DNA from: Octopus vulgaris
Lineage: Eukaryota
Reading direction: 5' to 3'
Length of the DNA stretch: 64,000 bases
NCBI GenBank assembly: GCA_951406725.2
Contig: OX597814.1
Span: forward strand, 126,046,001 to 126,110,000
Shown here: in pieces, positions 38,966-50,479 of the stretch
How positions within the stretch are numbered: position 1 is the stretch's first letter
How the letters are laid out: each line of letters opens with the position of its first letter
Program-made: the position numbers and the translations under genes
Notes under the pieces: model-generated
Databases searched by the model: none
Seen by the model: only the letters and a program-made list of their open reading frames with translations
What the model was told of the DNA's origin: nothing

Positions 38966-39130
38966 ATCCTGATGTCTGTCTTTCTCATGCTATACATCCA
39001 CATGAACCATTTACATGCTAGCTAATTACTTAATCCATTGCTTCAGCATAAATGCATCATTCAAAATACTACCTGGATTATACCTAAGGGCTCATACCTT
39101 CATGGAAGTACGGACCAGCCTCTGGAAAAA

Positions 39131-39485
39131 GATGAACTGTGAACTTTATTCTCCTGCCTGTATTCTTCCATTTTATTCTTTATAAACTGTGAACTTTGAT
39201 ACATACTCACCTTGTCTCTGATGACAGAGTACCCAGTGTATGGAGATGCTAGCCTATCACTTGGGATATCCCAGAAACAGCTGTAAGACTTCAAATTCAT
39301 CTTATCCTAATTAAATTATTCCAAATGATTTCAGATACTCATCATGCCTTGGCTTTTGTTGTCCTTTCCCCTCTAATATATTATATACCTGCTAATACAG
39401 ATCCCTAACAGATGACCAATTATAGCACTTACTTAGCATACCCATTCGTTTAGATCACCAGTGAACTAAACCTCTCATATTCTTT
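39131..39485 (+). mobile_element. ORF-less hammerhead-bearing repeat, family A, copy 2
   Basis: Homologous to 14243-14690; ends at a (TA)n tract; may extend upstream to ~39030. Confidence 0.75.
39214..39289 (+). ncRNA. Type I hammerhead ribozyme motif (family A)
   Basis: gtct-CTGATGA-[49 nt]-GAAA-c-agct-g-TA-agac; perfect 4-bp stem I gtct/agac. Confidence 0.82.
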
Positions 39486-39752
39486 ATATATATATACACA
39501 CATACACATTCATGCATACATATGTGTGTACATATACGACAGGCTTGTATGCAGTTTGCATATTCCAAATTCACTTTCAAATCACAAGATGGATCAGTAA
39601 TTTAATGGATGATACTTACCCGAGGTGCTGTGCAGTGGAATTGAACCAGGTACCATGTGGTCATGAACCAAAGTTTTTAACCACACGATCATGTCTATAT
39701 GTGTCTACTTTATTTTTATATGTATATATATATATGTGTGTCTATTTTATTC

Positions 39753-39786
<34 letters not shown>

Positions 39787-39799
39787 ATGTATGTATATA

Positions 39800-40108
39800 T
39801 CACTTGATCATATGATCGACCAGGCTATCAAATGTTGCTACACATCGCTGTTCACACAGTACTTTGCATTGTTTTAGCCTTCAAATGACACCACCCCGCT
39901 GGCTAAGCAAGCAGGCCAACAGAAGAAAGAGTGAGAGAAAGTTATGGCGAAAGAGTACAGCAGGGATTGCCACCACCCCCTGCCAGAGCATTGTGGAGCT
40001 TTAGGTGTTTTCGCTCAATAAACACTCACAACGCCCGGTCTGGGAATCGAAACCGCGATCCCACGACTGCGAGTCGGCTGCCCTAGCCACTGGGCGGTTG
40101 CACCTCCA
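39800..40108 (-). mobile_element. Young tRNA-derived SINE (family S5)
   Basis: Minus-strand head ggaggtgcaaccgcccagtggctagggcagccgactcgcagtcgtgggatcgcggtttcgattcccagacc (A/B boxes, CpG-rich); sits between (TA)n tracts. Confidence 0.85.
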
Positions 40109-40139
40109 CATTACATATATATATATATATATATATATA

Positions 40140-40340
40140 TCCAGTACCGCCTGACTAGCCCTCATGCTGGTGGCATGTAAAAGCACCCACTACACTCTCG
40201 GAGTGGTTGGCATTAGGAAGGGCATCCAGCTGTAGAAACTCTACCAGATCCGATTGGAGCCTGGTGCAGCCATTCCTCAAGTCAAATCATCCAACCCATG
40301 CTAGCATGGAAAGTGGATGTTAAATGATGATGATGATGAC
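40140..40340 (+). mobile_element. SINE-like repeat (family S4)
   Basis: aaagcacccactacactctcggagtggttggcattaggaagggcatccagctgtagaaac ... (GAT)n tail. Confidence 0.88.
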
Positions 40341-41804
40341 AAAGTTGGCTGTATACTAACTTTACCATAGATTGGGCTGTTTATGACAGCCTGTGGCAAA
40401 TCTATGTATGTTAGTGAGTGTTCTTGTTTAGTAGTACTGGTACTTATTATCCTTGGAAATGTTAATTTGGTTCAAGTTAAACTTGAACTTTTAAACTTAC
40501 ATCAGAAAGACATTGAAGTAACAGGACGAAGCACTTACTTTTGTTTGTTATTTTGGCCAACTTTTCCTTAATATTACATTCTGCTACTGATGCTTTCTGC
40601 TACTAATGAATCCTAATTGGCAGTGATTTTTTCTTCATTTAAACATATCCATTTCCAGTTTGTGTTAATTTCTCTACAGCTTTAATAATTCACGCGCGCG
40701 TGCAGACACACACATACACACACACACACACACACTCATACAATGGCATGCTCACACTCACACATACACACACCTACACACCCACATCATATACACAAAT
40801 ATAGAGATACAAATGCACCCATATATATACACATAGGCACATCCTCACACATACGCACAGACACATAGATGCATACACATTCACACACTGCATTCACATG
40901 TACAAATGTAGAGAGTGACAAACACACACATGCACACACATAATTGCAGGCATTTAAATATTTCCCATCTTTGTCAGCTCTATCACACATGCATACACAC
41001 ACGCACACATAAACACACACACATACACAGACACTCACACACATGCATATATCCCTTCTTCTTTGTATGTAAAAGCATAGTTACGGACGTCAATTCATTA
41101 CCCTCGCACACTGCTTCAATTCCCCCTCCCCTTGAATATGCCATTTCTTTCAGGTTTTATTCTAATATTTCCTGTCACTTCCCCTGTTTTCAAATTTCCA
41201 TTTCTACTAGAGTGAGCAAATTGTTTTCTGCTTGGATACTTCTGTCATTATCAATGCCTCTAAAACAAAAATGACCTCTAAATACAGCTTATGATGATGA
41301 CTCTTTAAGATATCGTAATAATTTCATGATATTCTAATGAAGTTAAAAAGCTGCTGGAAGTATTTCTACCTTTTCTTTTAATCTGACAAACTGTCAGAAA
41401 AGTATATTAAAAATTCTCTTGCCATGTCAATAGTTCCTTCGCCATTATTGAACATTATCTGTGGCCACTTGTATATTTTCCCTACCACACTCCTCCACCT
41501 CATTCAATCACTCTTTCTTCTCTAAACAGTGCCAAGATGGTAGAATCATTGATTATCTAAAACTACTGCACTACATATGAATTAAATAGCCTTGGGTTAT
41601 CCCCCACTACCATTAGACTGACTTAAATGCTGCAAGTCCAACTCTCTTAGCTGTTTTTCTATTCAAACCATCATTTTTGCTGTCATGTTTTGAAAAATAT
41701 CTTTGTCTTTTATATAATTAAATGACACATCAACAAAACCAAGCTTCAGTCTACAAACTGTAGTGGAATCAGTTTGGCTCTTTAAAATTGAAAAATATTT
41801 TAAT

Positions 41805-42405
41805 TTGATAAGTTTATAACAGATCACTGTAATAATAAATTTTCTAACTGATCACAGTTATAATTATGTTATATAACTGATCGCTATTATAATAAATCCT
41901 ATAGTTCATCATAACAATAATAAGTTTTGTAATTAATCTTTATAATAATATGTTAATTGAACTGATCACTGTAAGTTTTATAACTGAAAATAAATTATAT
42001 AATTGATTGCTAATATAATAAGTTTTGTAACCAATCACTGGAATAATAGTTTTAGAAGTGATTGATTACAGTAATGATGATGTTACATAAATGAATAATG
42101 TATTAGTGTTATATAACTGGTCACTATAATAATAAGTTTTATAACTGATCACTTTAATAAGTTTTGTAATTGATCTTAGTAATAATAAATTATTTCACTG
42201 ATTTCTGTAATATTAATGGTATGTATCTGATCACTGTTATGATAAGTTGTATAACTAATCACTATCACAATAATGTTCTATAACTATCACTATAATAAGT
42301 TATATGATGGTTTATTGAAATATTGTTATATAGCCAATGACTGTTATTAAAAGTTCTGTAGATGATCATTATAAAACATGTTCAACAACTAATCATTATA
42401 ATAAT
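41805..42405. repeat. Degenerate AT-rich minisatellite, ~27-29-bp unit (aataataagttttataactgatcactrt)
   Basis: Recurrent ataactgatcact / aataagtt motifs at near-regular spacing. Confidence 0.85.
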
Positions 42406-43100
42406 CCTAAATTAACTGTGAAGTTTTCATGTAAATGATATTAGACATTATAAACAGCTATTTGAGACAGAAAATTGCAACAGATGTCAATGTATTTGTT
42501 TTCCTTTTTTTTCCTCTCAAATTGTTGATCATTTTAGTTAAATCTAAGATGTCAATTCATAATTGGTTTTATGGAAGTATTTCTTGTCACAAACAAACAC
42601 TGGACTGAAGTAGGGTGCCTGACTATCTTGAACATTAGCAAAATAACCTATCCTCCAGTGCTAAATGACTGAAGAATTATCTTGTTGGAGATAAAATAGT
42701 ACAGTTAAAATAGTTGAAATGATTTATAGTGCTTCATCCGAAAAGACAGAATTGCAGGTATCTTGCAGCATGTTCATAATATTTTATATATTAGCAATAA
42801 ATTTATGATTTAAGTCCAGTGAAGGAAATAGGATCTGGTTATAATCAGAGATCACAAAGAGATCCATCAGGGATTAGTGAAATAAAATTGTGCAACTGAG
42901 GTTTCCAGAGCATTGTAAGCTTCCTTGGGTAATATTTTTTAGAATATGTTCATTTACAGGGCCATTTTGAGAACATATAATCTAGATTGAGTATGATGGC
43001 TGTATACACATACATATGTATATCAGTAATTTATAATTCTTTTATTCAAATAAATATAACTAATGTACTTATATATAAGTGAAATTTAAATTCTTTTAGT

Positions 43101-43101
<1 letters not shown>

Positions 43102-43144
<43 letters not shown>
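43102..43144. repeat. (TAA)n microsatellite
   Basis: Perfect run. Confidence 0.97.
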
Positions 43145-43146
<2 letters not shown>

Positions 43147-43663
43147 TAATGTACTTTTACAATTAAAAGATTCCATAAAGAAGTTTATATGTTTGTGTTC
43201 CCACCACACATAAACATATACATATATATTTATATATTTACAAGGCAAAGGTTGACCTGTGATTTTAAAGTTTTGGCTTACTTGCCTTTGTCAGACTGTA
43301 ACATTTTTTATGTTCAGTTTTTATTTTTCATTCTTCATGAGGATGAAAGCTTTAGTGGTTGACATACGGTTGTGGTTTAACTGTGTATTTTTTGTGGCAT
43401 ATAAAGAAGCTCCTTTTTAGAATGTTTAATTTCAGAATGTTTAATGCATAATTGATTGAACAAAAATATGAAGTTGTAGGAGGGAATAGAATAAGGGGAA
43501 GGAAAGAACGATAAAAAAGAGCACAAATCAGAAAATTCAACCATTCTTTGACCTCTACTCACATACATATCTAACCTCTGTTACCTAATTTTCCTACACC
43601 TAATATAGCCAATTTAAAAGTGAGTTGAATAGAACAAATAAAATCTACCCATTTAGAACAATG

Positions 43664-43717
43664 TCTTCTTCTTCTTCTTCTTCTTCTTCTTCTTCTTCTT
43701 CTTCTTCTTCTTCTTCT
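43664..43717. repeat. (TCT)n microsatellite
   Basis: Perfect run; produces a spurious poly-R ORF. Confidence 0.97.
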
Positions 43718-44419
43718 AATTAAACACCCCATAGAGATATTCCATTGTATGACAAGAATATAATATGGAAGCACACCTACATTGCAACCACTAAGTCCTC
43801 CTACATATGTAAAATGCTTGAAAAAAAAAAACAAAAACAAAGAAAAGCTTTACATACTGACAAAAGTAATTGAGTTACTGCTAACCTTTGCTTGCAAAAA
43901 AAAATGCTATACACAATTGGGTGATCCTTCAATTAATATTTGACTGTTTTCATATATAACTAAATATATAACCAAATATTGTGTGTGTGTGTGTGTGTGC
44001 ACATGTGTGGATGTATGTACATATATATGTGTGTGTGTGTATAAATATATATACACACACATGCACATTTGCTCAAGAGATTACACTATATTCATTTCAA
44101 CCATATTTTTTCAAGTGCAATCACTTAAAAAATCTTTGAGGTTGAAATAATTATAATACTTGATCTCTAAAACATAAAGTTCTACTTTTGAATCATGTAT
44201 TGAGTAATAAGTGTAAAAGAATGTTTACTTCAATTAATTCCTTCAACAAAGAAAATATTAAACACACACACACACACTTTATAAATGTATGACAGTCAGA
44301 ATTTCTTAAATTTACATTTGTTCATTAAAGAGACAATGCTGTGCTAAGTATTTTACTGTCCAGTTTACATTACAGAATCTTCTATAAAGCTAGATAATCT
44401 TCAGTTTCCTTATGTCACT

Positions 44420-46480
44420 CTTCCTGCTATTAAGAAATCATGTCTTCACCAGAGGCCCCACTGACTTGATAAATAGAAGAGTTGAAAGATGATTAGTTAG
44501 AAGTGCTACTTATGGTGGAGAACACATAAATTCATGCTACTGAAGCTCCTTTCACAATCTGCTGTTGACACTGGAATTGTACTTACAGCCATTTGAAGTT
44601 GCTGAAAAATGCACAGAAACTGTCTTCCCTTCGGAAGCTTTAAATTCTCTGTAAGCTATGATACATAACTGACTATTTAAGCCAATCTGTTCTGTCATTT
44701 CTTGTTTATCGTTATTCATAAAAGTTAAGAGTGAATCTTATAGAATACTAATATCTAAATACTTTGCCTAGTTAATAAGATTTCTCTACATTTATCATTG
44801 GAAATTGTCATAAATACAAGTAGCCAGATTTCATATCATTGGTGAAACTCAGTCTTTAATAGGTACTTTACCATCCCTCAGTTTATCCCATTAAATATCA
44901 TCTGGTTCATTTCTATCTGTACTCGAGCATAATATTTGCCTGGCTTCACTATTTGACATTCCAGAACCACGATAGATAGGTTAATATCTTTATGTGTACT
45001 ATTTTGGTTCTGCAGTTCAAGCAACAGTTCATTCAACTCTACCAAATTGTCCATCAGCAAACTTAGATTATTTACAGAAGATAATGATTATAATGCATTG
45101 GTTTTGGACCCTCCTATTTTGTCCTTTCTATACTAGATCTTAAAACATAAGAACTTGCTTTTCAAAAAGTGCTACCAAATAACTTTGTAAGATTACCATA
45201 GTGTCTTAGTAGGTTGGTAAGATGAAGCAATCCATCACACACTAAAAACTATAAATTTTTAACCATTGCTACTTAAGGGCATCAGTGCATTCTATTAATT
45301 CATTTTGATTCTTTGAGAACTTAAAGTATAAGGAAAACACTATATGACAAAATATTTGAAAATGATTCAGGCCTACAGCTTCATCTGCAACATCACCTAC
45401 ATTATGTTGAAGCCTGTGGCTGACACATTGTCAAACAACTGAATTAGGAAAATAGTTTTCAAAACCTCTGATTTATTTCTAACATTACTGAAGCTCCATA
45501 AGTTATAAGTGTTATTATATTTTTATTTAGGTAACACAATTGTAAGTAGCTTAAGAACCCATCAAATATATATTTTGCATTTACACCAAGTTTTAACCCT
45601 TTTGATACCAACCTACCTGAGATTGTCCCTGGTTCTACAATACAAACTTCATGTTTTAAAGTGAACTAAATTAGAATGTTCAGTCAAAATGCCATTTTAA
45701 TTTATGGTCCAAATACCTAGCTTAATAATGACAAAGATATTTTACTTAATTCATTTTGAACAAAAATATGGTAACAAAAGGGTTAAATGTTAAAATAGAA
45801 TGAAGCAGGATGAGAAGATTCACCAGCTATTATTCTCAAGCAAGCTGCAAGAACAGTTCTGCCATTAACAGTAGTTTCAGCAAGCATAAACAGCAATTTT
45901 AGATTATTTGGGAATTACATTTTTCAACAGTGTTTTACACATTTGATTTCCTATGTCATGTACAATATCTACACATCACTTAAAAGAGTGTAGAATACAC
46001 CTTAACATCATCTCTTATATACAGTTTAGTATCATAAGACATATCTATGTATAGCTTACTTCTGTGTACAATATTACACACAGTTCCAAAACCTGATTTT
46101 GCTTTGTTATTTTTGTATGACATTGCACTTTCAATTATTTCTTTATTGGCTATTTTATTGATTTTTTAAAATCACATTTGTAATGAACTTCAGTGTTTCA
46201 GTACTCAAAAGAAAAAAAAACTCTTAGTTTTTAAACTCATTAACTGTTTTGCCTTGTTGTCACTCACTACTACACCTACTACATCAAATATGCACCATTC
46301 ATAAAACAAAGGAATTCTTTGTGCTTGTTCAAGTCCACATTGAGACTACACTTGCTGCATACACTATAACCTAAAAGATTTCTATTTTTAGCAATTAATC
46401 AGGTATGTTCTTTCTATTTGTTCAACTACATGTCTTGTGTCCAACAATCTTGAAGATAACATCTTTCGATATTTTCGGAA
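44420..46480 (-). pseudogene. Decayed KIAA1586/ZNF862-like hAT transposase fossil
   Basis: Ordered minus-strand motifs: KEHT*LIAKNRNLLGYSVCSK (zinc-finger-like, ~46360-46415); ILHSFK*CVDIVHDIGNQMCKTLLKN; ETTVNGRTVLAACLR; QCVSHRLQ (CxxH, ~45415-45435); SV*WIASSYQPTKTLW (RW motif, ~45200-45245); LMDNLVELNELLLELQ; TIPVSTADCERSFSSMN (hAT dimerisation domain, ~44530-44580). Confidence 0.8.
45597..45782. mobile_element. piggyBac-type MITE (186 bp) inserted in the hAT fossil
   Basis: TTAA at 45593-45596 and 45783-45786; TIRs cccttttgatacca / tggtaacaaaaggg (13/14 match). Confidence 0.9.
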
Positions 46481-48471
46481 ATGTTTTCATTTATACATGC
46501 ATGCATCATGCTAAATGGCAGTATGAGATCATCATTTTCAAGCAATTTAACCCTCTTTACTAGTTAAGTACATCTTCACTATTATGTCCTTATCAAGCTG
46601 TCTTTTAAAATAACTTAGTATGCTTATTTTCACAGTACACCAACCTGGAATGTAAGACATTTCATACAAGTGCTATATACCATACAGTAATGTGTAGAAT
46701 ATTGTATATTTTTTCAACTGTTACTGAATAAAACCATCCACAAAATATTCACCATTCACAATTCAGATTGGTGAAATTATTGATACTATTTCATTTTCTC
46801 TCAGTTCATTCTAATCTAAGACACCCAATTTCAAAATTGCAATTTCTTGTTAAGGAGTAGCAACAGAAAAACATTGAATTATATATCATGCAGCCCATTT
46901 CCATCCTAAAATAGCAATTTCTAATAAATGAAGATCATTTAGTCTAAATACTAAGCTATAGTAAGTTAAACTTCTAGTGGATATTACCCTATCACAGAAA
47001 AATATATAACTCCCATGAGTTAAAATGTTGATTATTTGAATATATGTTGTGAATATACAACCAAAGCTGTGGTATGATAAACAGTTAATCAGATAATCTG
47101 CATCATGTGACATGCAAAGCATTGTTGTCCATGTCAGTCAAACTCATTTTGAGTAATTTAAATTATAAACCATTGCTGCAATTATATGTAGTGCAACTTT
47201 TAGTGTCCATGTCAGATGAGTTAGCCAACTTTTTGATCTCTTAATTTAGCTTTAAATATACACATTCATTTTGAAGAATGTTCATGCACAAAACCCCAAC
47301 AACATCCATGGACATTATATCAGTATATAAGTCTATATATGAAACAAGAAAAGTTATAAATAACTGCTGCTTTTTATGAAGGTTCAAGCTAGAGATTTCT
47401 CCACATTGTCTGTAGGTAACTTTGTGTATATTCACAGCTTCACTCATTATACTGAAAAAGATCTACAAATGCCTCTACTACAATATTACACCAATGGAAT
47501 ATTACTGAAATGGAAATGACTTCATTGTGAAGAAGAGGCATGGTTCAGTAATATTGCTATTGTACAATGGAAAGTATTCAAGATAATACTCATAGCATTA
47601 GTATTAAGGAATGGTGATTGAACAAGATGTAGAACAGCAGAAAGCACCTGTCTCATCCTCTTTGCTCTATTCAATAAACTCACTACAAGTATCATGTTTT
47701 GGCAGGGTACCTGTTAGAAGGTCATGGCTTGCATATCATTGTAATTCTTTATGCTTCTTGTACATTGGCCTACAATTGAATACATGCTGATATTATTAAA
47801 GGAAAATGTTGTATTTGGATATCTAGCATCTCAAATTATACAGAATACTTGCAGAGCAATATTATTTTGTGATATCAGTAAATAATATACTATGTATGGT
47901 AAAATTTCTGTCTTCCCTCTCTGGCACTGGTGTGTAGAAATTGAGACCCATGCACATAACCTCCTTCAACCTTATCTCACGTTTTCATACTTCACAAAAC
48001 CACCTAGTACCAGTCCCATCTCCTTAAACAATTCAGTTAGAATATTGAGCCATTCTTACTGTAGACTAAACTATAAAATCATCTATATTCTGTGTTATAC
48101 TCTGAGAATGGAATAAAAAAAAATATATATGCATAGTTACAGTTAATAAATAAGTGAATTTTTATTGATAGAAACTTAACAAAACCTTGCTAAAAATTAA
48201 TACCTCCTTAAGCAAAAGCACTTTTAGCATTGCCATGTTGATTAACAAACCCATAGACATAGGTGTGAATGAATGCAAAATTTCTTCTGAAATTTCCTGT
48301 GTGCAACATCCCTTCCTGCTATGCTTCTACTATTGGTAGACTGAATATACAAATATACAAAGCATCTGGAAATTGAGTGTATAGTGCACCATTTCCAGTA
48401 CTGTTTGAATCCTATTGTTGGGACTGTTGCTATGTTCTCTTTCAAACTGGTATTTATAATGGCTATGATGA

Positions 48472-48690
48472 GTTCAATTACTGATCACTTCAATAACTAA
48501 TTACTATAATAAAACTGATTTCAATAACCAATCACTATAATTAGTCCAATAACCAACAATTATAATTAGTTCAATAACCAATCCCTATAAATAGTTCAAT
48601 AACCAGTCACTATAAGTTTAACAACCAATCACTGTAATAAGTTCAATAATCAATCACTGTAATAAGACCAATAACCAATCATTATAATCC
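48472..48690. repeat. Degenerate minisatellite, ~24-25-bp unit (aataaccaatcactataattagttc)
   Basis: About 8 consecutive imperfect units. Confidence 0.88.
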
Positions 48691-49404
48691 AACTGTGAAA
48701 TATAAACCAAATGATATTTTATTGCTGCAATTCAAATTCCTTTCTGCTTCTTAAATAATTAGCTATTCTTTCATTATATCTGTCTGTCTATCTTCACATA
48801 CATGTTTGTGTGTATATCATAATTGTTTTTAACATTCACTTTTCCATACTTACAGCAGTTGGATAGAATTAATTGAAGCAGATTTACTGTAGCTAGATAA
48901 CACTATTTTTGCCAACCCACACCTGTTTCCCAATAAGGGAATATTCCCTATGATCATATATATTTCCATGACAATGACACTTATTAACAGGTATCATGCA
49001 GTGTTAAGACAAGGAAGCAGTAACACAAACACACACAAATACCCATATATATGATGGGGTTCTTTCACTATCTATCTGCCAAATCAACTCACAAAACTTT
49101 GCTCAGCTCAGGACTATAGTAGCTGAGTCCAAGATCATACAGTCATGAGTGTGATTCTCTGTCTGGAGAGCATTTCCTGTCCTTGAGAAAGGTTCATTTC
49201 ATGCTGCTGCACTCCACTCATCCACAAAAGACTACTGGCCTAGTAGTGGTTCAACCCTTCCTTGTAAATGTTTGATCTGTGGGTTGGAAGGCCAAGAGAT
49301 ATTTATATCTGCTAGACACTACATTGGCACTTAAAACAATTAGCAGAAAGTATGGTATGTGCTATTAAATCATATTTGCATGCAAGTGATTGTTGTAGTA
49401 GTAA

Positions 49405-49520
49405 TAGGTTAGGAAGGGCATCCAGCTGTAGAAACCATGCCAAATCAGACTGGAACTTAGTGCAGCTTTCCAGCTTATCAGCTCCAGTCAAACCATCTAA
49501 CTTATGCCAGCATGGAGAAT
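49405..49520 (+). mobile_element. Partial S4 repeat
   Basis: ttaggaagggcatccagctgtagaaaccatgccaaatcagactgg ... gccagcatggag. Confidence 0.82.
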
Positions 49521-49570
49521 GAGTTTCGGATGTCGGGGCAGAAACCTGCACCGGCATCTCTTCAGTTATC
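49521..49570 (-). ncRNA. Truncated hammerhead motif (family B); cleavage site and stem I 3' arm lost
   Basis: Minus strand gataa-CTGAAGA-gatgccggt gcag gttt ctgc cccgacatc c-GAAA-ctc, then a junction to S4 sequence. Confidence 0.75.
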
Positions 49571-49714
49571 GAGGCAGTTATACATATGAATACAGAGTAC
49601 AGTGAATATATTGTTGTCTAAATTACGCAAAAATGAAAATAATACTGACATCTCATTTTAACAGATATACTTACAAAGATAGCATAAAAATATCTTCAAA
49701 TACTAAAGAGTAAA

Positions 49715-50479
49715 TTAATTCAATAAAATCGCTATTGGCTTCAACCACAGCCTTGGGACATCTTCGAAATCTCCTGCATCTCTTCTGGGCGGTCTCCTTG
49801 TTTAAGTTGGTGAATGCTGCCATAATCCTTGCCTTCAGTTTATCTTTGGAGTTACAAGGAGTTTTGTTGGTCTCTCACTTAACTGTGCTCCACACATAAT
49901 AATCAAGGGGGTTATAGTCTGGGGAGTTATGTGGCCAGATGTTAGGAGTGATGTGGTTGCAGAAATTGTCTGACAGTCATGACTGGATTCTCCTATTTGT
50001 GTGGCATGGTACAGAGTTCTGTTGCCAAACATAAGGTCTTCTTTTAGCCACCCTTTCGACCCAGGCCAACACTACCTCCTCCAGGCCCTTGATGTAGGCC
50101 TCCGTGTTGAGTCTGAGGCCATATGATAAGATGAATGGAAGCATGACATCGCCATCGCTAGTGATCACTCCAAACATCATGATGTTGACTGGATGTTTGA
50201 TTTTTATCACTCTCGGTACATGTTTTGGGGATATGGTAAGCCAACGGTTGTTCTGTGTTCACCATCAGTTTGAATTGGAGCTTCCAGCATAAATACCAAG
50301 CAGTACACTATGTCATTTCCAAATTTCTGACACACTGAATTGCATCATGGTGCTGCTTTTCTCACAGACAGTGCCCAACTGACCCTGCTATACTGTATAG
50401 TTGACAAAATCGAAAACAAACAATGCACATGTGTGAAATAAAATATTTAAAATGGCAACAATTTACCCATCGCACCCTG
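49715..50479 (-). mobile_element. maT (DD37D) Tc1/mariner element with internal deletion
   Basis: TIR cagggtgcgatgggtaaattgttgcc plus TA at 50480-50481; IMMFGVITSDG...VWQQN(D)SVPCHT...WPHNSPDYNPLDYYVW with 37 residues between the second and third catalytic positions; C-terminus AVVEANSDFIE. Confidence 0.88.

Noticed and set aside
40035-40108. tRNA gene-like sequence (and similar heads at 21687, 22111, 60620-60690)
   Set aside because: These are tRNA-derived SINE heads continuing into SINE bodies; no clean cloverleaf with acceptor stem and terminator
44587-44601. Apparent 15-nt minus-strand microexon (tgtgcatttttcag|CAACTTCAAATGGCT|gtaagt) with a UGC motif
   Set aside because: It reads straight through as QLQMAVSTIPVSTADCERSFSSMN, the hAT dimerisation domain of the transposase fossil; the splice-like signals are most likely coincidental
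46886-47122. ORF with HDADYLINCLSYHSFGC resembling a transposase-associated motif
   Set aside because: Similarity too weak to assign; possibly a decayed DNA transposon
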